DNA of 64,000 nucleotides, from assembly GCA_963724105.1 (NCBI GenBank), contig CAVRTD010000002.1, positions 29,650 to 93,649 on the forward strand, given 5' to 3'. Positions 39,874 through 50,535 of this stretch are shown here, in pieces. Position 1 is the first letter of the stretch, and every line of letters starts with the position of its first letter. Source of the DNA: Terriglobia bacterium. Its GTDB lineage: Bacteria; Acidobacteriota; Terriglobia; Terriglobales; Acidobacteriaceae. Made by a program: the position numbers and the translations under genes. The notes beneath the pieces were generated by a model. The model had not been told where the DNA came from, did no database searches, and saw only the letters and a program-made list of their open reading frames with translations.

Positions 39874-41430
39874 TCAACTCCTGGGTAGGCGTATAACAAA
39901 CTCGGCGAATTCACCATCGGTGGAGTTCAACAACAATTGTCCCCGGTGGCCGCGGGTCACAATGTCATGGCTGATGGAGAGCCCCAACCCCGTTCCCGAT
40001 CCTGCAGGCTTGGTAGTAAAGAACGGCTCAAAAATCTTTTCCCGAATGGATTGCGGTATCCCATTGCCGTTGTCGCGCAATACGATTTCCACTGACTTTT
40101 CCAGGTTTCGCGTGCTCACCCGAATCCTGGGAGTGAACTGGGCGCAACTTTTCTTCTTTTCCAGAACAGCCTGATAGGCATTCATTGCCAGGTTCAGGAC
40201 AACCCGGCCAAGGTCCGTGGGACGGCAGAGCAGTTTGCTGAGCGTGACATCGTAGTCAGTCTCAAGCACGACCTCGCTATTCGACCCGCCGCCTGTCGCG
40301 GTGGCGCGGGCAAAGTTAAGGTAGCGCGCAATCACCTCGTTGATATCGGCAAGCTCCGCTTCACCAGCGCCTGAGTTGCAGTGCAGCAACATGCCATTCA
40401 CAATCTCGTTTGCCCGTGCGCCGTGTTCTCTTATCTTTTGCAAGTCCTCGGTTAAATCGGCGAGATGCTCTCGAATCGCTGGCGCCGAGGGACCCAGCTC
40501 TCGATCTATTTCCTGGACGGTATCTGCCGCCGTGATTGCGAAATTGATGACAAAATTAAGAGGATTTTTGATCTCATGAGCTACCCCTGCAGTAACTTCT
40601 CCCAGTGATGCCAGGTGTTGCTGAACCAGGATCTGGCGGCGGTACCTCTGTTTATCCAGCGCCGAGGAGATACGCGCCCGCAGCAACACGGATTCAAAAG
40701 GCTTCTGGAAGTAATCTTCTGCGCCCATGGAAATGCACCTCACTACGCTTTCCATGTCGTTGAGCGCAGAAATTACAATAATGGGCAGGTCTGGCTTTGC
40801 GGATTTCAGGTGTTTCAATACCTCATATCCGTTAATGCCGGGCATAAGTATATCCAGCAGGACCAGGTCGTATGCATTTTTACTGGCAAGATCAATGGCC
40901 TCAGCTCCATCGGCTGCCACGGAAACGCGGTACTTAAGCCGCTGAAGCATGCGCGCCAGCACATCACGATTCGCCGAGTCATCATCGACCACCAGCAAAT
41001 GACCGAGTGAATCAGACATCTCCGCCTTGGCGGCTGCAGGGCTCGCCACCACGGGGCCATTCAGGGAGCCTGTTTGCACAAATCTCGTAAGTTTTCCGGT
41101 GGCTTGCAGCAGTCGTTGCACATCGGCGAATTGAGGGGAAGATTTGTCCAGCGGTCGCGAAATCAAAGACTCGTAGATTTTCTCCAGTCGTGGCTTGAGA
41201 TTCTCACGCAAGTCCGAGACCCGCTGCTCTGTCGCATCTTTCTCAGAAGATGGAAGCGACAGCTCTATCTGGTTCAGAATATCTTTGCCCAAGACAGCAA
41301 TCTGCTCGAAATAGATCACGTCATCGCTCGCGCCGGCTTCCAGTGCATCTTCAATCAGCAACTGGCTGTAACCGAGAAGATGGTTCACCGGCGTGCGGAG
41401 ATCGTGTCGTAGTAGCTGCGTTTGTAACAT
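39874..41430 (-). CDS. hybrid histidine kinase: N-terminal extra H-box segment - REC - HisKA - HATPase
   Basis: The N-terminus [19 protein letters not shown] looks like a DHp H-box. REC is [14 protein letters not shown]...[13 protein letters not shown]. The second H-box is [12 protein letters not shown]. The ATPase part is DNGNGI...GTGLGLSI. Confidence 0.85.
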   Translation of the reverse strand: MLQTQLLRHDLRTPVNHLLGYSQLLIEDALEAGASDDVIYFEQIAVLGKDILNQIELSLPSSEKDATEQRVSDLRENLKPRLEKIYESLISRPLDKSSPQFADVQRLLQATGKLTRFVQTGSLNGPVVASPAAAKAEMSDSLGHLLVVDDDSANRDVLARMLQRLKYRVSVAADGAEAIDLASKNAYDLVLLDILMPGINGYEVLKHLKSAKPDLPIIVISALNDMESVVRCISMGAEDYFQKPFESVLLRARISSALDKQRYRRQILVQQHLASLGEVTAGVAHEIKNPLNFVINFAITAADTVQEIDRELGPSAPAIREHLADLTEDLQKIREHGARANEIVNGMLLHCNSGAGEAELADINEVIARYLNFARATATGGGSNSEVVLETDYDVTLSKLLCRPTDLGRVVLNLAMNAYQAVLEKKKSCAQFTPRIRVSTRNLEKSVEIVLRDNGNGIPQSIREKIFEPFFTTKPAGSGTGLGLSISHDIVTRGHRGQLLLNSTDGEFAEFVIRLPRS

Positions 41431-41497
41431 TGTCCTGTCGGGATTAAAAACTTATTGGAATCAAGAGCAAGAAAAAGACCGGCGCTTGGGAGACCGG

Positions 41498-41875
41498 CTA
41501 GACCTGGCTCTTGGCGGCAAGAAGCCTGTCCATCTTTTCCAACAGTCGAGGTAGTTCGATTGGCTTGGTATCGTAATCGTCGCAACCGGACTGCAACGCA
41601 CGTTGCCGGTCGCTTTCCATAGCGTGCGCCGTAAGCGCGATAATGGGAATGGAGTTTACCAGCGGATTCCCTTTAATCGCAGACGCTGCCTCCCATCCGC
41701 TCATCTTAGGCAGGCTCATATCCATCAGAATGAGGTCGGGTTTGGCAGTCTGCGCCATGGCGACTCCTTCCACGCCGTCGATGGCTATTTGAACCTCAAA
41801 GCCTTTGCGCAGCAGGCGCCGCGATAACATGTCGCGATTCATCTCGTCATCTTCAACAATCAGTATGTTGGGCAT
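41498..41875 (-). CDS. CheY-like single-domain response regulator
   Basis: MPNILIVEDDEMNRDML...LILMDMSLPKMSGWE...IIALTAHAM; 125 aa. Confidence 0.9.
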   Translation of the reverse strand: MPNILIVEDDEMNRDMLSRRLLRKGFEVQIAIDGVEGVAMAQTAKPDLILMDMSLPKMSGWEAASAIKGNPLVNSIPIIALTAHAMESDRQRALQSGCDDYDTKPIELPRLLEKMDRLLAAKSQV

Positions 41876-41901
41876 TGGGATTCCTCACAGTCTTTGTTTC
41901 A

Positions 41902-44900
41902 TTAAATTACAGGCACTGCAGCTGGGATATCGGCAGGCCTGTTCATCGAACGTGCCAGCACAGCGATCAGTTCCTTCCGGGAGACGGGCTTGAGCAGATA
42001 GTCGTTCGCTCCCATGGAGAAAGCAAAGTTTTTGTCGTCAACAATGGACATCATGATGACAGGAATGGATGAGAGAGCAGGATCGTTTTTCAGTTCGCGC
42101 AGAAGCGACCAGCCATCCATGCCAGGCATGATTACGTCCAGCGTAACGGCGGACGGTTTAAGCTCGCGGGCTTTCCGCAGCCCTTCCTCGCCAGTGTACG
42201 CCGACTCCAGGCGAAGTCCCGCGCGGGAAAGATAACGACTGATCAGGTCATGCATGACCGGATCATCGTCCACCACGAGCACAGTTTGTTCGTAATTTTC
42301 AAATGTTACGTCTGGTTCCATTTCCGCCAACTCCTTTTTGTATTGAGATACCGCAGCCGGCAACTTCACGTGGAAAGCACTTCCCTCGCCCGGCCGGCTA
42401 TTCACGACGATGTCACCACCCATCATTTGGCAGAACTGCCGGCTAATGGCCAATCCAAGACCGGTCCCGCCGTACTTCCGGGTAACAGAAGAATCAGCCT
42501 GCTGAAAGGGTACAAATAACTTGCTTAGCTGTTCCGGCGTCATGCCAATGCCGGTATCACGGACGGTAAAGCACACCCAATCTCGCCCATCCACGCTGTA
42601 TTTGTTTGCGCCGATGGTAAGGACCCCATTGAAAGTGAATTTGGCCGCGTTGCTGGCCAGATTCAGCAGCACCTGCCGCACCTTGGTGACATCCGCCTCC
42701 ACGCTTCCAATCCCTGCGGGAATCTCCATCTGCACGGCGTTCCCGTTCTTGCCGATAAGAGGAGCGGCCACGGCGAGCACTTCTCTTAAAAGGGTTTCCA
42801 CCGAAAAAACCTCAAGGTACAGCTCCATCCGCCCTGATTCGATTTTTGCAATGTCAAGAATGGAATTGATCAGGCTTAGCAAATGCTTCCCCGCATGATG
42901 GATCTTTTCCAGGTCAGAAACGAACGCCGTTGCATCCGTTTCTTCCGCTTCCTCTTTCAACATCTCGCTGTATCCGATGATGGCATTCAGCGGTGTACGC
43001 AATTCATGGCTCATGCGCGCTATGAATTCACTCTTGGCCCGATTCGCCTGTTCCGCCGCGGTTTTTTCGGCGCTCTTCCTTTCGCGTTCCTGTATCTCAG
43101 CTGAGAGCTGTGAAAGTAAGCGCGTATTTCCGATCGCCAGGCTACTTTCATTGGCAACCGCCTGCAGCAAACGCAGGTCTGACGATGTGTATGGATGGTC
43201 GAATCGTTTTGGCCCCAGGCTGATGATCCCAATGAGATTGGCGGCGCTCATCAGCGGCAGCAGCAATTGCGCATGCAAAGTCTTGAGGGCTTCCTGTTCT
43301 TCCATTGGCAGCGTATGCACGGTTGAACCAGGATCGTCAAAATAAATGAGCATCGGTCCGCCATTTTCCGAGAGCAGCTCAAACACTTTGCTTTGCTCCT
43401 CCAGGTGCAGCATCGTCGCGGATGCGTGGCCTGTCCAGTGCTCCAGACAGTAGCGATTTTGTTTTTCCAGAAGCACCGCCACATAGGAAATACCCAGAGC
43501 AGACGTAAGATGAGCACTCACCGCATCCAGCAATGCCTTTGTCTCGCGAAAAGTCCCTGCCGTATCCAGAAACGTAGCCAGGGTCTGCTCCGATCCATAG
43601 TCTTCTGGAAAAAAGCGGCGATCCATCCATGAATTGGCCTTTTGCAGGACCGGTGACTGCAACACAATGAGCAGGACCATCCCGCCGATTAAGCTCTGCA
43701 ACTGCACAGCCTTTGAGAAATAGAGAAGAGATGCCAGCAAGAGACAGACCGTGGCGATTTTAAGTGTCGAGATGCTCCGCTGATCAAGGGCATATTTAAG
43801 GCTTTGGCGAACCAGCCCGCGGACTTCCGGCGAGCGATGAACCACAATGACATAGGCCAGCGTGCAGGGAAAAAGCACCAGCGAACATAACGCGGTGGCC
43901 GCAAATGACCAGGGAACTGCCTGAAATGCAGATTTGCCGCGAACCAAAGCGATGACAATCCACAAACACGCAGGCCCAAGACTGGCCAGTGTGCCGAGCC
44001 ATATCAGCTTAAGCCTGCGATACTCATCGCTCCCGCGTGGGACCTGCAGCAGTTTCAGCAGCAGGGTAATGAAACAAACGGCAATTGCTGTGGCGGTTAG
44101 ATACTGAATGCTGTGCTGAAGTTCAGGATAACCAAGCCTTACCGTCCGCATTCTTGCGAAATTGGTTTCCTCCGCCGCAACCGCAATTGCGTCTGCTGCC
44201 ACGTTGACGGCGATGGGAACAATCAATATCCACTTAAGCCAGGGAATCCGTCTATTCCATCCAGCAGGACGAGGGAAATAAATTCCAAACAGCAATAGCC
44301 AGATGCCGAATGATTCCGGCACTACGCTTTCATAGATGAATGCCGGAACACGCAATCCGGTTTCCCATCCTGGCTGCACGGCAAGCAGAGAGAAACTTAA
44401 CAAGAGTGCGAGCAACAGCCACGCAAGAGGATCATACGAGCGCTCAAATGTCACCCAGAATCCCAGGAACAAGCAGAACGCGGGCAGCACGATCTGCGTA
44501 ACAATCAGAATTGTAAGAGTGTCTGACTTGGGCGGCGCCGGGCGCTTGGGTTGCAGAGTAATTTCAAAATGTGAGAGCGTCCTGTCTGCGTGTTGTACTT
44601 GCACTTTCAGGTGATCGCCGGGATTCAAGTGCTCCACGGAGCCATGCAGGATTGAATCGCTATAGAAGCGCTTTCCATCGATTTCTGTCAGCGTGTCGCC
44701 GGGGCGCAAACCGGCGCTCTTGCTTTCCGGCAGAGCGTAAGTAATCGTCTGCTTTTGGTCATAGATGAATGGCTCGCGAGCGCGCGAAGTAGCATAACGA
44801 ATCTCATTTACGATGTGCAGCACATAGAACCACTGGAAGCCGGCTGTTACAACCAGCATCAGGGCCAAAAGACAGTAACGCACTATACGTGCGTGTGATT

Positions 44901-44958
44901 TCAAAAACATCAAACGACGGTCCATGAGATCCATTGAATCGGAATCAAGCGTGTTCAC
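41902..44958 (-). CDS. large hybrid sensor kinase: PDZ-like - multi-TM - GAF-like - HisKA - HATPase - REC
   Basis: The PDZ-like segment is [41 protein letters not shown]. About 10 hydrophobic helices follow. The H-box is [19 protein letters not shown]. The ATPase part is DTGIGM...[11 protein letters not shown] is [13 protein letters not shown]...[13 protein letters not shown]. Confidence 0.85.
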   Translation of the reverse strand: MNTLDSDSMDLMDRRLMFLKSHARIVRYCLLALMLVVTAGFQWFYVLHIVNEIRYATSRAREPFIYDQKQTITYALPESKSAGLRPGDTLTEIDGKRFYSDSILHGSVEHLNPGDHLKVQVQHADRTLSHFEITLQPKRPAPPKSDTLTILIVTQIVLPAFCLFLGFWVTFERSYDPLAWLLLALLLSFSLLAVQPGWETGLRVPAFIYESVVPESFGIWLLLFGIYFPRPAGWNRRIPWLKWILIVPIAVNVAADAIAVAAEETNFARMRTVRLGYPELQHSIQYLTATAIAVCFITLLLKLLQVPRGSDEYRRLKLIWLGTLASLGPACLWIVIALVRGKSAFQAVPWSFAATALCSLVLFPCTLAYVIVVHRSPEVRGLVRQSLKYALDQRSISTLKIATVCLLLASLLYFSKAVQLQSLIGGMVLLIVLQSPVLQKANSWMDRRFFPEDYGSEQTLATFLDTAGTFRETKALLDAVSAHLTSALGISYVAVLLEKQNRYCLEHWTGHASATMLHLEEQSKVFELLSENGGPMLIYFDDPGSTVHTLPMEEQEALKTLHAQLLLPLMSAANLIGIISLGPKRFDHPYTSSDLRLLQAVANESSLAIGNTRLLSQLSAEIQERERKSAEKTAAEQANRAKSEFIARMSHELRTPLNAIIGYSEMLKEEAEETDATAFVSDLEKIHHAGKHLLSLINSILDIAKIESGRMELYLEVFSVETLLREVLAVAAPLIGKNGNAVQMEIPAGIGSVEADVTKVRQVLLNLASNAAKFTFNGVLTIGANKYSVDGRDWVCFTVRDTGIGMTPEQLSKLFVPFQQADSSVTRKYGGTGLGLAISRQFCQMMGGDIVVNSRPGEGSAFHVKLPAAVSQYKKELAEMEPDVTFENYEQTVLVVDDDPVMHDLISRYLSRAGLRLESAYTGEEGLRKARELKPSAVTLDVIMPGMDGWSLLRELKNDPALSSIPVIMMSIVDDKNFAFSMGANDYLLKPVSRKELIAVLARSMNRPADIPAAVPVI

Positions 44959-46700
44959 GGTCGTTCCTGCCTTGTATCCAACTCAGCAAGTTGCGACGGG
45001 CTTGTTGCAAAAGAACTTCCATCGGCGTTCAACCGCGGAGGAAATGCGCGCAGCTCTCTCTGGAAATAGCGGCTGTACCGCTCGCGGAATGGTGCAGGGC
45101 GGTCTGAAGCTTTTTCTTCCAGCAGCGACGGCAAAACATCGTCAACAAAATACATTTCGGCCTGGCGGTTCCCTTTTATTCCGACCAACCCGCGCGGCGT
45201 GCAGGAAAAAAAATCCTTCAACCGCTGAAAAGCACGCTCTGAGACATTAATCTTGTTGGCCGCGCCTGACATCACCATGCGCGATGCGAAATTAACAGCA
45301 TCACCCCACACATCAAAAGCAAATTTGCTTGTTCCAACCACGCCCGCGATTACAGAACCTGTGTGAATGCCAATTCTCATGGACCAGCCGGGATGGGGCC
45401 GGCTCTGCTGAGCGGCCATCACATACTGCAGCATTTCTATCGAAGCCAGCAGCGCGTCAACCGGGTGAGATGGCGTGCGCTCGGGGAGACCAGACAGAAA
45501 AATGTAGCTGTCGCCCACCGTTTTCAGCTTCTCCAGGCCGTAACGATCAACGATGGTGTCGAAAGCCGTGAAATATTCGTTTAACAGTGTAACCAGTTCA
45601 TCGGCCGTAAGTTTTTCCGTGGACGACGTGAAACTCACAAAGTCGGTGAAAATGATGGTGACATCCTCGAAATAGGTTGGCGAGACCGAACCGCGAAGCT
45701 GGAGTTCCTCGCACACCTTCCTGGGAAGAATACTCAAGAGCAGCTTCTCGGTGGTTTGTCTCTCGGCCTCAAGTTGAAGCAGGGCAGCTTTTAGCTGCTC
45801 AGTTTGTTCTCTTTCGAGATCACGTGACTGTTTACGGTCCAGCAGAGCGCGCACACGAGTGCGAAGAAGTGTGGCGTTAAAAGGCTTCAGAACGTAATCG
45901 TCCGCTCCTGTTTCGATGCAGGCGACAACTTTCTCGGTGTCGTCGACACCTGAAATCATGATAATGGGTATGTCTTTTGCAGGCTGGCCAGACTTTGCTG
46001 CCCGAAGAACTTCGAACCCGCTGGCTCCCGGCATCACCAGATCAAGAAGGACCAGATCGATGCGCCTCTTGTCGATCATTTGCAGAACTTCATGGCCATT
46101 CACCGCGAATATTACATCGTACTTGTCGCGGCGAAGTATGCGCGCGAGCAAATCGCGGTTTGCCTCGTCGTCATCAGCAACCAGTACAACCTGTTTTTCA
46201 CCTGCAATGGAAAGCCGCGCGTCGTCAGGAGTAAGTAAACCCGGCACAAGCCGCGGAGCTTCCGCCACTGGAGCGATGATCTGCTCAAACAACTTCAAAA
46301 ACTGGTGGACGGTGAATTCAAGTTCCAGAAGATCTTCGATCATGCCGGGATCCGCGTGGCCGCGCACCATAACTTGAATTTGCCTGATTCTTTCCTGAGT
46401 CTCTTTAGCGCGCAACAAAAGCCTCTGCCCTTGTGAGGGATCGCCGTCAACTCGCTGTCCGGAGCGGCCGGGTGCGGTCATCTGAAGGTCTTGCAGCAAT
46501 GACACTGCCTCCGCCTTTAGCTGGTCTAAAGGTCCGGCCAGCCCAGCCTCGCCTGCCGCTTGTCCAATTTCCATCTTCAGCAACTCACAACTGGTGACTA
46601 TATGGTTGACGCAGTCTCGAAGTTTAAGTTGGGCATCACCAGATAAGGCTGTCGATTCAGCCGGCAAGCCTGATTTCGAAGATGTGGAGGTGAAGTTCAT
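44955..46700 (-). CDS. response regulator with class III adenylate/guanylate cyclase output
   Basis: REC is [15 protein letters not shown]...[14 protein letters not shown]. The cyclase part is [16 protein letters not shown]...KTVGDSYIF...[16 protein letters not shown]...[13 protein letters not shown]. The stop overlaps the next gene start by 4 nt, and the ATG lies 2 nt after the lanC stop. Confidence 0.85.
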   Translation of the reverse strand: MNFTSTSSKSGLPAESTALSGDAQLKLRDCVNHIVTSCELLKMEIGQAAGEAGLAGPLDQLKAEAVSLLQDLQMTAPGRSGQRVDGDPSQGQRLLLRAKETQERIRQIQVMVRGHADPGMIEDLLELEFTVHQFLKLFEQIIAPVAEAPRLVPGLLTPDDARLSIAGEKQVVLVADDDEANRDLLARILRRDKYDVIFAVNGHEVLQMIDKRRIDLVLLDLVMPGASGFEVLRAAKSGQPAKDIPIIMISGVDDTEKVVACIETGADDYVLKPFNATLLRTRVRALLDRKQSRDLEREQTEQLKAALLQLEAERQTTEKLLLSILPRKVCEELQLRGSVSPTYFEDVTIIFTDFVSFTSSTEKLTADELVTLLNEYFTAFDTIVDRYGLEKLKTVGDSYIFLSGLPERTPSHPVDALLASIEMLQYVMAAQQSRPHPGWSMRIGIHTGSVIAGVVGTSKFAFDVWGDAVNFASRMVMSGAANKINVSERAFQRLKDFFSCTPRGLVGIKGNRQAEMYFVDDVLPSLLEEKASDRPAPFRERYSRYFQRELRAFPPRLNADGSSFATSPSQLAELDTRQERP

Positions 46701-46702
46701 TT

Positions 46703-47992
46703 TTACTCCCAGGAAAGTACAGAAGGTAGTAATTCCGGTTTCGCCGCCCTAAGGAGTTGATAACCGATGCCCGCGAGGCCCTTGTGAAATGTAAGAGGGG
46801 TATTGTCATTGCTGCGACCGAATCCGTAGCGCCCCCTGGTGATGGCGCGGCGCGCAACGGAGTTTGCCAACAGGACGGCCTGTTGCTTATGGCGCTCGAT
46901 TCCAAGTTTGCGCGCAGCCTCAAGAAAAAATTCGACACGTCCCAAAGTCCCACAGCACGGAAAATCGATATGGCTCAGCGTGCCAGACTTAGCTGCTGCT
47001 CGAAGGCATCGGTCAATATCCGCGCTGACCTCCGCCTGATCGAGACAAGAGCTATTGAGCCTGCCAAGGCCAATTCCTGGAGCGCCATTGCACCAGCTAT
47101 TCCAGCATTGATAGCCGCCCTGCTCCCGGGGCAGCAGTAGATGCGGCCAATTCCCTTCATCCTCACAGTAAAGGCTGTTCTCATAAGCCAGGGCTTCCGC
47201 TGCAGCATCCCGAAAGCTTGACTCTCCCGTAATCTCAAAGAGCCGGCAGAGAGCTTGAATTATTCCCGCAGCGCCATGCGCGTATCCGGTTTGGCACTTG
47301 CCTGGTGAAGTTTCCCATGCCCTCAGACCAGACGAGGTAGTAATGCGGGCGCGGAGCAGATGTTTACCCCATAGGGCTGCCTGTTCGATCATCCACGGTT
47401 CGGGAGCAAGACTATGAAGTGATGCACAAACTAATGCGCAGCCAGCGGATCCTCCCATCAGATCGACTCCACGCGCATTAACGATTCTCTGGTGAGGAAA
47501 ACGGCGTGCAATTCGGATTGCGGCTGAAAGCAACTCCTCATCGCCCATAAACGTGGCGATTCGCGCAAGGGAGTAGATGATCGAAAATGATCCCGTTCCG
47601 GCGCCTACGCCATCCCGCGCAAGCCAATCATCAACCTGTGTCGACGAAAGAGTGCGCAGCGGCTGCACTACGGCGCAAACCAGTGACCGGTACTCAGTTT
47701 TTTCAGAGATGTGGTCTAAAGCGGCAAGAAACAAACAAATTCCGTATGTTCCACCATACAAGTCGTGGCCAGAGAACTCTCGTCCACCGGACCAAGGATC
47801 ATGTTGCAGACGCCCTGTCCACGGAGCTATTCCACCCTCCGCAAAACTGGGCGATTGGGACACGATCGCACCAATGGCTGCGGCTTCATCAAGCAGCAAG
47901 CAATGAGCCCGACTAGCTTCTTCCTGATGGACTTCTGACGCGAACTCATTACTGTCGCGTTTATGAGTAGGCAACTCGATGATAGTTTTCAT
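46703..47992 (-). CDS. lanC: LanC-type lanthionine cyclase with Cys-Cys-Gly zinc motif
   Basis: Start at MKTIIELP (47992); the track ORF is extended upstream. Motifs are GYAHGAAGI, NSWCNGAPGIGL and FPCCGTLGRVEF, the last at the position of the usual CHG. Repeated GxxG helices are also present (GGTYGICLFL, GLAGIGYQLL). Confidence 0.85.
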   Translation of the reverse strand: MKTIIELPTHKRDSNEFASEVHQEEASRAHCLLLDEAAAIGAIVSQSPSFAEGGIAPWTGRLQHDPWSGGREFSGHDLYGGTYGICLFLAALDHISEKTEYRSLVCAVVQPLRTLSSTQVDDWLARDGVGAGTGSFSIIYSLARIATFMGDEELLSAAIRIARRFPHQRIVNARGVDLMGGSAGCALVCASLHSLAPEPWMIEQAALWGKHLLRARITTSSGLRAWETSPGKCQTGYAHGAAGIIQALCRLFEITGESSFRDAAAEALAYENSLYCEDEGNWPHLLLPREQGGYQCWNSWCNGAPGIGLGRLNSSCLDQAEVSADIDRCLRAAAKSGTLSHIDFPCCGTLGRVEFFLEAARKLGIERHKQQAVLLANSVARRAITRGRYGFGRSNDNTPLTFHKGLAGIGYQLLRAAKPELLPSVLSWE

Positions 47993-48020
47993 AAGGACAG
48001 ATCCGCAAAAAAATCTGCGA

Positions 48021-49382
48021 TCACATCCGAGATTCAGTTTGGCCAGGTTTCCAGAAAGACACTTTCGGCCTCCACCTGGCGTCGGAGCCCGATGGTAGGC
48101 TCTTTGATTCGAAAATGTCACTTCCGCTTCGAAGGAGAATCGATGCAAGCCTTGTAGTCTCCTGAGAGATGGCTGGATCGATTGGCGCACCATCCGTCAA
48201 GTCAGACCAAAACGCACTTTTTTTGCGTAGATCTACATTCAACACAAAAAGGTATGCGGCCGAAGCCAAAACAAGGTGGTGATGGAACCCTTTCCATGAC
48301 CGTCCCTGGTAGCAGCCCAGATCCAGATCACGTTCAAGACAGCCCTGGTACTGCTCCTGATACGAACGATGCCGGCTCAACCGGAGGCACATGGTTTCAG
48401 TTGGCCGTTTGTGGAAACGCGCGAGGTAACAACGATAAGGTTGTGCCTGCCCGTCGGGCCAATCGACAACAAACCAGAGTCTTTGGAGGCTGCTACTTAT
48501 CCCATGTAGACCGGAATCCAGGAAGACCTCGCGAATTGCAAGCCGCGTTTGCCGTGAAGTACCTTCACGCGTAGCCCAGGAGCAGCGCGACCATTCTGCG
48601 GCCCCGATTTTTTGCATGATTTTTTCCAGCGTGTATGGATGCGGCTGCAGGCTCGAATTCCATTCAGGCGTGTTGGACTGAAAATCCCAGGCAATATTCG
48701 TTTTTGGATCCACTTCCAGAAAGAATTCCATTCCAGCGTGCAATAAGGCTGAACGAAAATCGGCGTCGTTGCCGTAAGCAGCATCGCCTACCAGCGGCTT
48801 GGGATGGAGCCCGTCACCGGTCACTTCCCGCAATAGTGCTAGCACAAGGGATGACCGTGAGGGAAAACATGCATCCTTGGGGACCCCGGACCGCGACAGT
48901 CTCGATGACTCGGCAGCCCAGTCTGGCGGGAGATACAGCCGTGCAGCAAGCGGCGCCGCGAACGATCCATCACTGGCCAGTATCTCCACGCTGATCTGGC
49001 AACGGGACTTCTTGCCATCCGCGCCACATCGCTGGTTTGATACGCCGACAGATTCATTCCCCTGCTTTGTCCATGCTCTCTCATTCACCACCCAGCGATC
49101 GACCGGTTCAATAGTGGGAATGATTGCTCTACGTATGCGCGTCCAAACCTGTTGATCGTCCCATGGGCTGTTTGCAATCGTCTGATGCAGGCTCTGGGAG
49201 TCTACTTGCAGCCGCTCGGCAAGAGGACGAATGAATTTTCTTCTTCCGGGCAGCAGCAGGCCTTCAATGTATCTGGCGGTGGCGACCCGCCGCTCCTGCC
49301 TGCCGATGCTTTCCAGCAGCGTGGAGAGATAGCGAGTCAGGTAGGGAATATTTTCTTTATATGTTGCCAGTTCCCACTTCAT
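48021..49382 (-). mobile_element. IS701-family-like DDE transposase gene, apparently degenerate, no terminal inverted repeats found
   Basis: Start MKWELATYKEN with RBS GGAGG. The sequence WVVNERAWTKQGNESVGVSNQRCGADGKKSRCQISV...ARLYLPPDWA...VGDAAYGNDADFR...GCYQGRSWKGFHHHLVLASAAYLF follows the IS701 DDE_5 layout. The first catalytic position reads N-E-R where I expect D-D-T (motif recalled from memory). Confidence 0.65.
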
Positions 49383-49452
49383 AAATTCACGACCTCCCCT
49401 TCCGACCCACATCATGGTTCCCGAATTTCCGCGGTCTGGGCGAACATAGCGT

Positions 49453-50535
49453 CTAAGCAGACGCCTTCCACAAGATCGGCGACCGCATTGCGAACTCTAA
49501 AACCTCATCCATCGACTGATCCTGAATGGGAACGGGAAGCGCCGAATGGCGCAGCCACAGGAGACGCCATGTTCCGGGATACCATTGGCGCAACCTCTCG
49601 ACCCCGCGCCACAACAGTCGCGAGAGGTACACCTCTTCAGGGTTGTTCAATCCAATCCGATTGGCAGTCATGTGAATGTGGCTTGACGTAATGGGCCAGT
49701 GGGCTTGCCGGGAAAGACCGCTGATCTCAGCAGCCAGGCCCCGGCTAATATTCACCAGGCTGGACGGCTCACAATTTTTGCTGGCACACACGGACTCAAG
49801 CTCTGCGATTACTAATTCTGTAATCTGCTTTTCCTGCCGCGAAAACACAAGATCAGCCTCCCGAATACAAGGCTCCAGCGAATCACCCCATGCCTCTGAG
49901 GCATACGCGGCGAGCCGGACAAAATCTTCTTCGTCACCCGCCAGTCCCCAGGCAAGTTGGAGGGCCAGACGCATCATCGCGGAGTTAATCCAGTCACGAC
50001 GGGAATTGCCGCGTTCATCCAGCATTTTCAGGATAGCCAGACTGGAGATGCAAAAAAGATCAATCGAGGCGCCGATATGGTCTGCGCCTCCATAGCGATT
50101 GATTTCAAACACAGGGGTAAACTGCCGCCATGAATTGTCCGCGTAGACACGACTAACGTCCGCTCGTGCTGCCGGATCAGTGGTTGCAATCGCCCGGTTC
50201 GTAGCCAGGATCTGGTCCTGAGCAACCGGCGCTTTAGAAGGATACTTGTCAAAAAAACCGGCAGCGCGCTTTTGTAGAACTTCCTCCGCGCGTCCACTGG
50301 TATTTTCATCTTTCAATCGCCAGCGCAAACGGAGATGAGGGCCTCCAAGCGAGTACCGGACAAAATAAAACCGGTCGATCACTCCCAGGCTAGCCAGTTC
50401 GAGCATGAGCGGCCACGCCAGTTCCCGCAACATTCTGTCGCGATCGGCATGATAGAACACGTGGTATGCGCGCCAGCGCAGCAATGAATCTGGGCACGTG
50501 CCACCATTAGATTGACCTATAAGTTGCGTTGCCAT
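49453..50535 (-). CDS. stand-alone LanB C-terminal (SpaB_C / thiopeptide-type) elimination-domain protein
   Basis: LLRWRAYHVFYHADRDRMLRELAWPLM...IDRFYFVRYSLGGPHLRLRWRL and the C-terminal SSHIHMTANRIGLNNPEEVYLSRLLW match the Lant_dehydr_C / TIGR03891-type pattern (W..Y...; FF.RY..GPHLRLR; H.h.NR). Confidence 0.8.
   Translation of the reverse strand: MATQLIGQSNGGTCPDSLLRWRAYHVFYHADRDRMLRELAWPLMLELASLGVIDRFYFVRYSLGGPHLRLRWRLKDENTSGRAEEVLQKRAAGFFDKYPSKAPVAQDQILATNRAIATTDPAARADVSRVYADNSWRQFTPVFEINRYGGADHIGASIDLFCISSLAILKMLDERGNSRRDWINSAMMRLALQLAWGLAGDEEDFVRLAAYASEAWGDSLEPCIREADLVFSRQEKQITELVIAELESVCASKNCEPSSLVNISRGLAAEISGLSRQAHWPITSSHIHMTANRIGLNNPEEVYLSRLLWRGVERLRQWYPGTWRLLWLRHSALPVPIQDQSMDEVLEFAMRSPILWKASA

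Noticed and set aside
47993-49452. Search for terminal inverted repeats and target-site duplication around the transposase gene.
   Set aside because: I could not find convincing IRs by eye in the 28-bp and 70-bp flanks or in the first or last ~200 bp. I therefore do not annotate IS boundaries, only the gene.
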